In this document: positions 38,554-49,359 of the stretch, piece after piece | Numbering within the stretch: the stretch's first letter is position 1 | How the letters are laid out: each line of letters opens with the position of its first letter | Source of the DNA: Macrostomum lignano | Lineage: Eukaryota | Assembly: GCA_002269645.1 (NCBI GenBank) | Contig: NIVC01000517.1 | Span: forward strand, 337,043 to 401,042 | Direction: 5' to 3' | DNA length: 64,000 nucleotides | The notes under the pieces: model-generated | Seen by the model: only the letters and a program-made list of their open reading frames with translations | What the model was told of the DNA's origin: nothing | The model's database searches: none | Position numbers and translations under genes: made by a program

Positions 38554-39702
38554 CAAGTGTTGGCACCCTTCAGGTTTGCGGTTACCCTTCAATCAAAATT
38601 AATCAGACCCACCGGCTAATATACTTGATTTTCATTTAGACGCCTTGGTATTTTATATACAATTGCTAGGTGACAAAGTTTAAAACGAATATGTACTCGC
38701 GCGTAAACAATTCAAGAAACTAATTCTTGAATTGTTTACAAGAATTACATGTCATTATGAAGGCAGTGTGGGGTGCCAAGCAACAATCGAAATAATTAAG
38801 ATAAAGTGAACATTTTACAACAACTTTTGAACTGATATTTTCAACTGATATTTAAAAAATCTAAAATTAGAAAAAATGAATATTTCCAGAATATTAGCAG
38901 CTTGCTGTGGATAAATATATAGAGTGAATAATGGCTTTGCAGCAGAATAATGCATAGTCTGAATCTATACACAGTTTCATTTTTGGGCATTATTGTCATT
39001 CGAATTGTCCTGTGACTCATCGTCTGGGTCTCCTCCTCGTTTGTCCCCTCTTTCGTCTTGAGCGTCTTGCAGCCGACCGGTTTGTGTTTCAGCACTGATC
39101 TGCCTAAAACTATCCAAATAACGTAGCCGGCTGGCCAGTATAGCGCTCCTTGAGTTGTACTCGGATGCCTTAAAGCGGCGAACGGATCATATAAATGGTA
39201 TTTTGTGCTCGATTTGGAACAGTGAAAATTGGATTTGTAAACCTATTGCGCAAATCTCTGGCATCCAAGCACTTGTCTAGATTTAGCCATATATTTTGAG
39301 GCTAATTGCATCAAACTGCTAATAAATCATACATATGCAAGCCAGGTGCAAAATTGCATGCTCATGGACACCTGCATTTGAAGTGAAACATTTTGGCTCT
39401 GAAACACTTCCATCCAATCTGAATGTTTTACCAACCAATGAATGCTCCAACTAGCAAAAGCCGAGGTCGACGTCACCACCCAATGAAAAAGGATATGCAC
39501 TATCGAAATTATTGACCATTGCGAGACTGTTGTTTTATCAAGTAAAGTCAGTTATTTGGCTCTCGCATTGATAATCAAAAGTGATTATCAAGCTATAGTG
39601 GTGTGAGAGTCCAGAAGACCAAGGACACTCAGCATAAAATACGCTGAATTTCAAATTCTGATGGCTGCAGCGCTAGTTTTTATTTCATTTTTGCTTAACA
39701 AC

Positions 39703-41475
39703 TTAACACGACTTGAGTGCTCTGGGGAGTGAACCGAGGTCATTTCCTTTCCCAATAACCAAACAATTCCAGATCTCTTGTGTGCTCACATTATTCAAGT
39801 AGATTTTTGCGCATCGGGAGCCGGAAGCTGAAGCTAAAAGCACTTGCTGCTTCGTCACTTTGAAGCCGCACAGGTGCTTCTCAATCAAAGACACAACCGG
39901 TCCGAATTCATTTACCAGCTTCGGGCAGTCCACTATTTGGCCGTTTGCCGCTGTGACACCCAAGCAGCGAGTCTTGACAAGCTTGTCCACAGCTAGCGAC
40001 TTGGCCGAAGCCACCGTCAGCGAGTTGTCATCATCCTCGGACACCGAATATAGCCAGCGACGCACCTGCTGGGTCGCCCTCCAGCTCGGGTGTGACAAGC
40101 TGACCCATTTTGAAGAGGGCAGCGGCTCTGATGTAGGCTTTGCCGACCTGAGCGGTGTCTGGAATCTGACGCTCGACGTCCAACAAAAGCTGAGTCAATC
40201 TGCCAGACCGAGACCCGACCGGAGCTTCACTCCTGATGCTTAAACAAAGCTCAGTTGCCGTGTTCATTGTGGAAACGTGCTTCGTAAAGCTGAAATCACT
40301 GCATTCCAGTAACTCTACTGATAGAATGTAGTAAGAAAGAAACGAAAGGAGAATCACGTTGACAGAAAATTTAGGCAGAGACTCAGTGAACGGTTTCAGG
40401 TCGCTGAGCAGGTTGTCTGCTGACTGACGGACGGCTGCTACAATCCTCGATTTTGAGTCGTGGTCTCGCTTGAGGAAAACACGGGCGTCACGCAAGAAAA
40501 AATGTCTCATGCAGACGTCCTCGGAGTCTGAGCTCTCCATCATTGCCACGAGAATGTCCAATGACTGCTGCACCAGCGCCAGCAGGTTGTCCGGGTTCCA
40601 GTCTTTCGCCGGTGTCTCGTCAAGCATGTAGAACAGCAAGTTTTTGCCAACGTACGTCTTCAGACCGCTCACTCGGCTGCTGATCACCCTCTTGATGAGG
40701 AACTTGACGAGGATGAAGAACTGGCCCTGCACGCTGGTAAGATTGTGCATGACGGACCTTTCCAGCAGGGTTGTGCTCACTCGAAGTCGGCTGCCTCCAG
40801 ACCGGGCGGCGCACTGCTGACAGCGTGGCACCTTGGCGACTCGCCCAGCACCTCTTCTCTCAGCGCTCTCATGATGTCATCGGACATGCAAGTCCTGTAT
40901 CCGGCTCCAACAGCTCGATGTGAGGGTAGCGGCAGCAGGAATGCGCCAAAATCAGATCAATTGCAGGCATCAGCTCCGACTCTTCGAATGCGATATTCGG
41001 TGCTAAAACTGCATTTTGAGGACACGTGTAGATGATAAATTACGTTTCTGTGTGTAATTTTGGATAAATTATATGCCATTATAACGAGAATTTCCTTACT
41101 GCGAACGTGTGCCTTGACGTGCCCGTCCTCATACTCCGCAGGCTCGATCTGCTCGCAGCCGTTGCGTCGAAATCCGGCCTGCTGGCCGTCAGCGACTTGC
41201 TGGTGAATGTGGATTTGCTGGCTCGCGTCTGTCATGATGTACGTCACGTCGATGTCGGAATCTGGAGCGACGCTTCCATCGATGCAGAAAAGGTTGGCGC
41301 CCCAGCCGTCAGCGTAGCTGCCGAAGATGTGTAAACTTTTAGCCAGCAGTCGGAGCAGGTCCTCAGCTGCCATTGCGAAGCCGCTCTGCACCGCTGCGTT
41401 GGTTGAGCGAAACCCGGCAGTTCTCATGGCTGATGACAGCGATGCGCTGTGAGCTGCGAGCTCACGGTGAGCCAT
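39703..41475 (-). pseudogene. Mab-21/cGAS-like (cGLR-type) nucleotidyltransferase gene with apparent frameshifts
   Basis: Motifs IFGSYADGWG..DSDIDV, AIDLILAHSCCRYP, CHAVSSAPPG, LRVSTTLLERSVM, QGQFFILVKFLIK, KTYVGKNLLFYMLDETP..W and MRHFFL. Intron from the GTAAGG donor at 41099 to ~41010. Frame changes near 40900, 40800 and ~40095. Confidence 0.72.
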
Positions 41476-42481
41476 ATTTACCGCTCATACAGAACTTGCG
41501 AAATTTTTTTGGAAACCATCCGAGGCGAATACCTTTTGTTGTTAAACTTTTATACATTAATTAAAGAGCTCTGGATTGTACCATATCGGGGGTCCAGGGC
41601 ACAATTTCTGGTTATTTACTTATAACTGGCAATTGTCCTATTTTTGAGTGCTTTGCAAGGTTCCTTATTAAGAGGTTGCTTTCACTAACGCAAAATTTCA
41701 CAACCGCTAAATCATCTTTTTTTCATAAACGCGAAACTCAGGCCCTTGGCCTGGCCCCCAATTATGAGCTGGATAGGCGATGCCCTTGGGGTTGTAGCAA
41801 TAGAGGTGTAGCTATGTCCGCCTGGAGTCTTCCCCTCGGAAACAAGCCTTCCAGACTCACTCCAATAGTTAGCCCTTTCCAAGACTTCTGGGTTTCCCGC
41901 TCTTGGACGGCTTTTCAGTAAAAATCCAATTCTGTTTTTCGCGCACTCCGAGGACCTGTCTGCTGGGGGTAGCCTGGGTGGACTCGGTCCTAGCACCGTC
42001 CCTGATTCCACTGTTGGGTTGGCGGTGTCTTGTACCGTAGGCTTGAAGTCCCTCGCTCTTTCCCTAGCTTAAGCTGGGGCCCAATTCCATGTCTCGGGGT
42101 ATCTCGGGCCCTGTACTACTAATGTCTGGGCCCCTGGTAGTGCCCCTCTGCGGCAGAGCCCCTCCCAGGGCTGATCCGCGGGTAGCCAAGCTTCCCACCC
42201 CCGTTTAACAACAAACTCAAAAATCACAACTGCTAAAATAACTAAATGTCAATTATGATTTGTTCTCCTCCTTTGCGCTTAACTGTCAATTTTCGTAACA
42301 CTTGAAGCCTACTGCCTTATCCAAATGCCTAAAATATAATACTACTTTGACTCTTAGTGCTAACCGAGCTTTCACGGCTTCTTGCTCCCTATTCTGGGTC
42401 TCTACGACCTCGATAACTCCCTATTTCATGCAGATTCCTACTCAGGGTCTCTATGGTCTTTATAAAGCGCCGCAATGCCGG

Positions 42482-43180
42482 GCAGGCACTCATTTTGGCG
42501 CCGCAGGTACTCATTTTGGCGCCGCAGGCACTCATTTTGGCGCTGCAGGCACTCATTTTGGCGCTGCAGGCACTCATTTTGGCGCCGCAGGTACTCATTT
42601 TGGCGCCGCAGGTACTCATTTTGGCGCTGCAGGCACTCATTTTGGCGCTGCAGGCACTCATTTTGGCGCCGCAGGTACTCATTTTGGCGCTGCAGGCACT
42701 CATTTTGGCGCTGCAGGCACTCATTTTGGCGCCGCAGGTACTCATTTTGGCGCTGCAGGCACTCATTTTGGCGCTGCAGGCACTCATTTTGGCGCTGCAG
42801 GCACTCATTTTGGCGCCGCAGGTACTCATTTTGGCGCTGCAGGCACTCATTTTGGCGCTGCAGGCACTCATTTTGGCGCCGCAGGTACTCATTTTGGCGC
42901 TGCAGGCACTCATTTTGGCGCTGCAGGCACTCATTTTGGCGCTGCAGGCACTCATTTTGGCGCCGCAGGTACTCATTTTGGCGCTGCAGGCACTCATTTT
43001 GGCGCTGCAGGCACTCATTTTGGCGCCGCAGGTACTCATTTTGGCGCTGCAGGCACTCATTTTGGCGCTGCAGGCACTCATTTTGGCGCTGCAGGCACTC
43101 ATTTTGGTGCTGCAGGCACTCATTTTGGCGCTGCAGGTACTCATTTTGGCGCTGCAGGCACTCATTTTGGCGCTGCAGGC
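42482..43180. repeat. 21-bp minisatellite (GCAGGCACTCATTTTGGCGCT), ~33 copies with a 7-unit higher-order repeat
   Basis: Two unit variants (CCGCAGGTAC vs CTGCAGGCAC) in an ordered pattern. Confidence 0.97.
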
Positions 43181-44559
43181 GCTATGTTTTGTCGCCCTGC
43201 AGCAAAATGCATTCATTCAAAGCTGCAAAAATCAAAAATAAGCAGAAAGTCTACATTTTTAACTTAAAATGTGGAGGGGCTAGATACTAATACTGCCCCC
43301 CCATTTTAAAAAGTTGGGGGGCATGACCCCACTGTCCCCCCGTTCCTACCGCCTATGCAAATTGTTAAAGAAACTCGAGCTCATCGAAAAAGTTAAGAGT
43401 TCTGGTCTAGCTATTTGGCTTGAGCTAGCGCCTTCATATAGAATTTTTGGATGGATCATAAGCGGGCCGCTATTGGTGTTGGCACAATTAAATTAAATAT
43501 ACGGAAAATTATAACAAAGAAAAAAATAAAACAAAAGAGGTACAGTGTAACATTCAAACAAAAGCATAGAAATTCGGTGATTAGCTGGGGGATTAATATG
43601 CAAAACCAACGCTACTAAAAGTATATTGCGAAATATTAAGCCCTACTATAGCCCCACATTGAGAAAATTTCTTGCACAAGAAATTCATTCTATAATATGG
43701 CTACTCTTGTTGTGAAGAAAAACTAATTAGGCTGAATGGCCCTTTGCCATGTTTTTCCGGCCCAGACGGCTTAGTGAGCGGCGCTTACCTTACCATAGAT
43801 CGACCATATCTGCAGCCTGTCAGAGGGAGCGCACCTTCACGACAACAGACAGAGAGCTGTTTGTTCTGAAGGGTGTGGGTCAACGGCTGCAAGAAAAGTT
43901 CTTTCTCGTTGTTCTCGAAATGCTAATAAATGTATTCACAGGCGCAGCTCGGATCAACAGCAACAAGAGAATACACTGTTAGCGTCACAGGGCGCGCTTC
44001 AAGGCCATGTCGCGAATGAACGCCACGCCACCGGCCGAATCCGGGGCGCCGGCGTCAGCCAGAAGGCAGTGCGCGCCTGCCCCCGCCGGTAGGGTGCCTG
44101 AAGCTGATGCAAATTAATCCTGTTTTAACTGCGATTTGAAGGTGCGAATGACTTATATGGCGGCCATATGGACCGGTGCAACGTACTATAGCCGCTTCAG
44201 AATGCATTTGACAGGGAGTTTTAAAGATTCAAGTTTTGACTTCAGAAAGTGACGGGTTTTTTAATTTGATCCTTGTATTAGGATCTGTCACTGTTTTTGT
44301 TTTTTTATTAGAGGCAGGGGGGGTTGTGTGCACCCTGGCGCACTTTAAGCGACATCAACACACAACCGGCGAGAGGCATTACTTGCCCATTCCGCCGACT
44401 TCCCTGAGCAGGCACACAAGCGCGCGGATACGTACGCAGGCACACACTCACACAGGAGTGTACAGCGGCCCTAACTTTATTTTATCGCTAGGCATGTACA
44501 CTTCACTGCGCCTTGGGGGGTTGGCTCTCAAGGCCGTTAATTGCACGAGCAGAGCCAAG

Positions 44560-45112
44560 CCGAGATTCAAATTCAATATCAGGATGCTGATATCGGCAGG
44601 CATTTGTTTCAATGACCGTGGGCGATCGGTGCGTTTTCTCCTATATTCAGAGCACGCGACACTGCATTTTTGCAAGGGCTTGTCCCGTTTCATCTCCAGG
44701 TAGCGCGGGACGGTGCTCTCGGACTTTTGACCCATAATAGCCATGATCTCGCTCATTGAATGCCCTTCCGATTCCAGGTCGCACACCCTGCCAACTCTAG
44801 TCTAGAACGGAGCAGGAAACAAGACCAGGGAAATTCAAATTATTTTCAATCATACAAACAAGCACATCGGAAAAGTCACATATACTTTCATCGACCCACT
44901 AACTCAACGCGATGCTGATTTGTGTATTCCTTCGGCAGCTGGACTTCTTTACTCAGCGCCTTCACGAAGGTCCTTAAGTGCGAGGTAGTTGATTTTCTAG
45001 GTAGAGAGCTAGCTAGGTGCGAGGTAGAGAAAGAATTCCTCGCTTCTTTCTGCTTTGAAAAAAATGCCTGGTGCCTCCGACAATCGTCGTCAGTATCACT
45101 TTTCTCCAAGAA
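44560..45112 (-). mobile_element. Crypton-like tyrosine recombinase remnant
   Basis: LRTFVKALSKEVQLPKEYTNQHR (degenerate YTNHSxR box), a probable intron at ~44903-44797, then VGRVCDLESEGHSMSEIMAIMGQKSESTVPRYL, matching the G..IM..TGH.S..S...Y box with its catalytic Tyr. Confidence 0.6.
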
Positions 45113-45149
45113 AGTGCAAGTTCAATATCATTTGAAAGGTAAGTTAGAG

Positions 45150-46442
45150 CATACAAAAATACAAAGAGAAAATTACAATATATAAAATGGAGATTCCATA
45201 CTTTGATTGCAGTTGGCATGTTCTATTTCAAGCAGGCGCATTCAGACAGCCGCAGGCCCCAAGGAGCTGCTGGGCTGTGCGCGTATCGTTGTCGTACTCA
45301 TTCCAAAACCGCACGAACTGTTCCTGTCGGCGGCGGATGTCCACCCGCTGCAGGCGTCGAACTCCTCCCTGGGCAAGCAGCTGCACCTCAACAGTGACAG
45401 GTCGCCCTTCGTCGTGCAGCAGCTTCAGAAGCAGGTAGAACTGGAGCTGGCCACGCTGCGCTCGGTGGTTCAGCTTGCGGTGCCAGCCCTCTGTATCGTT
45501 GTTAGTGCGTATCGCATGACGATAGACCGATAGCTCCGCGGTGGTCCAGATGCTGCTTCGGATCCAAGTTGACTGCACATAGTCACACAACTGCTGCAGT
45601 CGCTCCGAATCCACACTTGCACGCAGCTCATAGAATGCTCGTGCGATGTTTCCACCAGCTGGCAGGAATGGCAAACCCATGAGCTTACGACAGAAGCTCT
45701 GTGTGCGGGTTATGCCTGTTGGAGTCCAATGGCCTGAACATGCCGCCACACAGCCTGGGTATAATGGAATGCGCAGCCACGAAGAGAAGACTCAGGGAAT
45801 AATGAGAAGTCGAAGCCTTTGATATTTGTATATTCAATATACGCGATATCCGTGTCTTATACATGTATGTGTGTCATTTGCACATATTGGTGTTCCTTGC
45901 CTTTGTGCATTTGTGCAATATGCAACATGATTGGCTGTTCACTGAAATCCAGGCAGAGCACAACGTGTCATTCGCACACACGGTATTCCTTGCCCTTGGC
46001 ATTGCATTGTGCAATATGAACGTTAACCTCTGTATTTGTCAATTATGTACATTGCTTACATGTGTGCATTCCTTACTCTGTCCCCAGTAAGATGTACGGA
46101 AGACCCAGTGCCTTTGCATGGTGTTACTAATCGGTGAACATGCATCATTTTGTCCAGTGTCTCGACTCTCACCCATGCACTCATACGTATTATAGCAGGA
46201 GAAATGTGTAGAAATGGATATAAATTATTGTACATATTACAAGTTGAAATTTAATATCAAACATTTTACTTCACTTAAACAAATGCATTCAGCTCGTAGG
46301 CCTAGTCAGGAAAGGAATGCATAACGAATGTATGCAATCAAGCGAGTCAAGCAAAACCTTTCGCCGAAATGGCTTCGCCGAAATGTCCTTTCGCCGAACT
46401 GCCTTTCGCCGAAATGTCTTTTCGCCGAAGTGACTTGAAGCC
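45150..46442 (-). mobile_element. Mutator-like (MULE) transposase C-terminal remnant with one terminal repeat
   Basis: GCAFHYTQAVWRHVQAIGL, LMGLPFLP, CDYVQSTWI and RTNNDTEGWHRKLN, with a frameshift near 45710. Five TTCGCCGAA repeats end in GACTTGAAGCC at 46442. Confidence 0.8.
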
Positions 46443-46667
46443 GTGTTGTCTCACCTACTTTATTTTGTATAGCCTGGTAGCTAATTGCTGAACTAGATTT
46501 TGTACAGAAACTGCCGCTAATGGAATTTCTTTCTGCATAATAATATAATAAATAGGCTGAACGAGAGGCTTAATTTAAGTTAGCTATTTGTGATTAGGCC
46601 TGCTCAGTCCTAAGAATAAGATTAAGCTTAAAATAAAGTTGTGCTTTTTAATAGGCCTAGATTAGTC

Positions 46668-49120
46668 ATGGCCCCTTGTGGAATTTTTTTTACTGACAAT
46701 GGTACAATGGAATCCTTAATTTGGAAGAATCTGAATTTCTTTTGCTATGATAATGCATTGTTTCTTGCTGAACATCTTTATGCACAAGATAAAACTGAAT
46801 CAAGTGCATATATATTAGCAACATGTTTCCATAGGTGTAATCGGCCAAATCAAGCTAAAAAGCTTTTGCAATGTTCTGCATTAACACAGCCTTTGACAAG
46901 GTAGGTTAAAGAACCTAATAATTTAATATTTTTAAGCCTAGAATTTAGTCTTTGTGTAAATGTAATGTCATGAGTAGGCCCTATTTGACTTGATACTTGA
47001 AAGTCTAGGCCTAATACTTGGCCCTATTTTTCATACTTAAAACTATTGAGAAATTTTTTAGTAGTTAGATAGTTTCTAAAGCTGATTCAACTAGTAGATA
47101 AATAACAAGTTTAATAATAACTTATAATATTATAAATATATATATATATATATATAATATAATAATATATCAATCCAGACTTGAGTCACTACCTATCTCT
47201 ACCTATAAAAATCAAAACTCTGTTTGTCTGTCTGTCTGTGGACAAATTACTTCGCTATGGACTTCAAAACCGCTCAACCAAATTACACCAAACTTATTAC
47301 GGAGAATGTCTTTGGCTACCTTTAAATTTCCTAGACTCAAGTCTTCCTACCTAAAAGTACAAAAAACTGCTCAAAATGTGCAATTTTTTTCACTAGATCC
47401 TCCATAGCGCCGCTCCACTTCTATCGATTTTCTTCAAATTTGACATAGATAATCTTAAACTTGGCACAACTTAAATTTAAACTTAAATTTTGGCACAATC
47501 ATGTAAAATTTCGAGTTTCAAAGTTAATCCTAAGCGGTGCTATGCACTTTTAAAGTTAGGCTGTTTTTTTCAGTGTAGCAACCACCCCAACCTCCGCCCG
47601 CCTGCCTCTCTTTCCCGATCTGGGCCCAGATGTGTAAAAGGGTTTCAAAATTGACTAAATTTCAGCTGCCATAAGTTTGCTCCACGTAAAGCAATTTATG
47701 TCAAACCTGACACAGTTCTTCATTAACCCATTCTCTATCTAAATGTAAAGTTTCAACTCTGTAACTCAACTGAAAAAGAAACTGTAAGCATGTGATATTT
47801 GTCTGCTTTTTCTGTTGTTTGTGCCATTCACTCACTCATTCCCCCAGAGCCAGACGAAGGGTCAGGCGATAGGACTGAATGTACATAGCAAATGTACAGT
47901 GTTTTGGAATAATTTTATTTATAGCCTTCTCTGCACCCCGAGAGTAGAAAGGCTACATTTAGCCATAACAATTTAGTGAGAAATTCTAACCACTGTCCTA
48001 GCTCTGTATTGGCAAACTCTGCAGTAGTTTAACAGTGGATGGCAATTGGCAATTGGCAAATAGAAAGAATCCACTATCCAGCATGGTTTGTAAAAGCGAA
48101 AGATTTATGAAAAGGCGATGCAATGCAATGCAATACAACCCTACTAAATTAGGCATACCATAGAAATTTTAGGTTTTGTTTAAAGGTACTATGTAAATAT
48201 TAAATGACCTCCTAAGAAATGCATATTTCCTTGGTTGTTAGACTGATGCAGACTGCAGTGGAGCTGAAAATACACAAATTCCTTTCAGGGCTGCAAATTG
48301 GCAAGAAAGATGACATGATCAAAGCATGAGAACAACCATGAGAGTACTATGTCCCACAAACTGGCTTTCCAAGCAGGGATGGGCAGACTTTTACCTCAAA
48401 GTCCAGATAAAGAATCTAGCTCATAGCTGAAGGGCAGATGAAAGTGGAAAGAAGAAGGAATAGACGATTCGAGGAGAGGCAACAGAGGGGATAAAAGAAA
48501 AGATAAAAGATAATAGGAGAGATGAAGGGGTGAGGACGATGAGAGAGGGAGAGGGAGAAAAGAGGGGAGAGAGGAAAAGCAAGAGGAGAGAATAGAGATG
48601 AAAGAGCAGAGAGCTGCAGATGAGAGGTGAGAGGAGATAGCAGAGAGGAGAGCAGAGAGGAAACAGGTGAAAGAAGAGATGAGAGAGTAAAGGGAAGAGA
48701 GAAGAGATAAAGATACATCTCTACATCTCTAAGGTTGTAGAGATGAGAGGTGGAAAGAGAGATGAGAGATGAGAGATAATGGAGAGAGGAGAGTGGAGTG
48801 AGAGAAGAGAGGGAGACAGAGTATAGAAAAGGGAAGAGAAGAGAAAAGAAGAAAGGAGAAAGGAAAGTGAGTAGTCAAAAGAGGGGAAAGAAAAGAGTAC
48901 AGAGGAGAGAGGTGAGAGAACATATAAGACATAGATGCGATATTAAAGAGGGGATGAGAGAGCAGAGATGAGAGTGAACAGATAAAAGATGGGAGAGTAG
49001 AGAGAACAGAGGAGAGGTTACAGAGACAAGAGGAGAGAGGAGAGACAAAGGTAGAGAAGTGAGTGAGGAGAGAGGAGAGGAAAGAGGAGAATGGAAAAGG
49101 GAGAGATAAGAGAGAAAGAC

Positions 49121-49158
<38 letters not shown>

Positions 49159-49265
49159 GGCGCCTCCAATTTCAGGCATGGACGCGGTACATGTAAAAAG
49201 GACAAACAAGTCAAGTTGATTTAAGTTGCCGATATTTCAAATTAGGTAAATTCTTTGTCAGGGCA

Positions 49266-49359
<94 letters not shown>

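Noticed and set aside
37812-38639. Multiple overlapping ORFs on both strands
   Set aside because: All derive from the 21-bp array.
41900-42200. GC-rich hairpin cluster as a possible HDV-like ribozyme or retroelement 5' UTR
   Set aside because: The CCCTGG/CCAGGG pair encloses only ~26 nt, too short for the nested double pseudoknot, and no hammerhead core was seen.
42302-43290. AAGTHFG, QALILA and SFWRCRH repeat ORFs
   Set aside because: Open on several frames and both strands; tandem-repeat artefact.
43740-44110. Possible LINE endonuclease fragment (AGGVAFI) on the minus strand
   Set aside because: A single short motif followed by stops; not enough to call.
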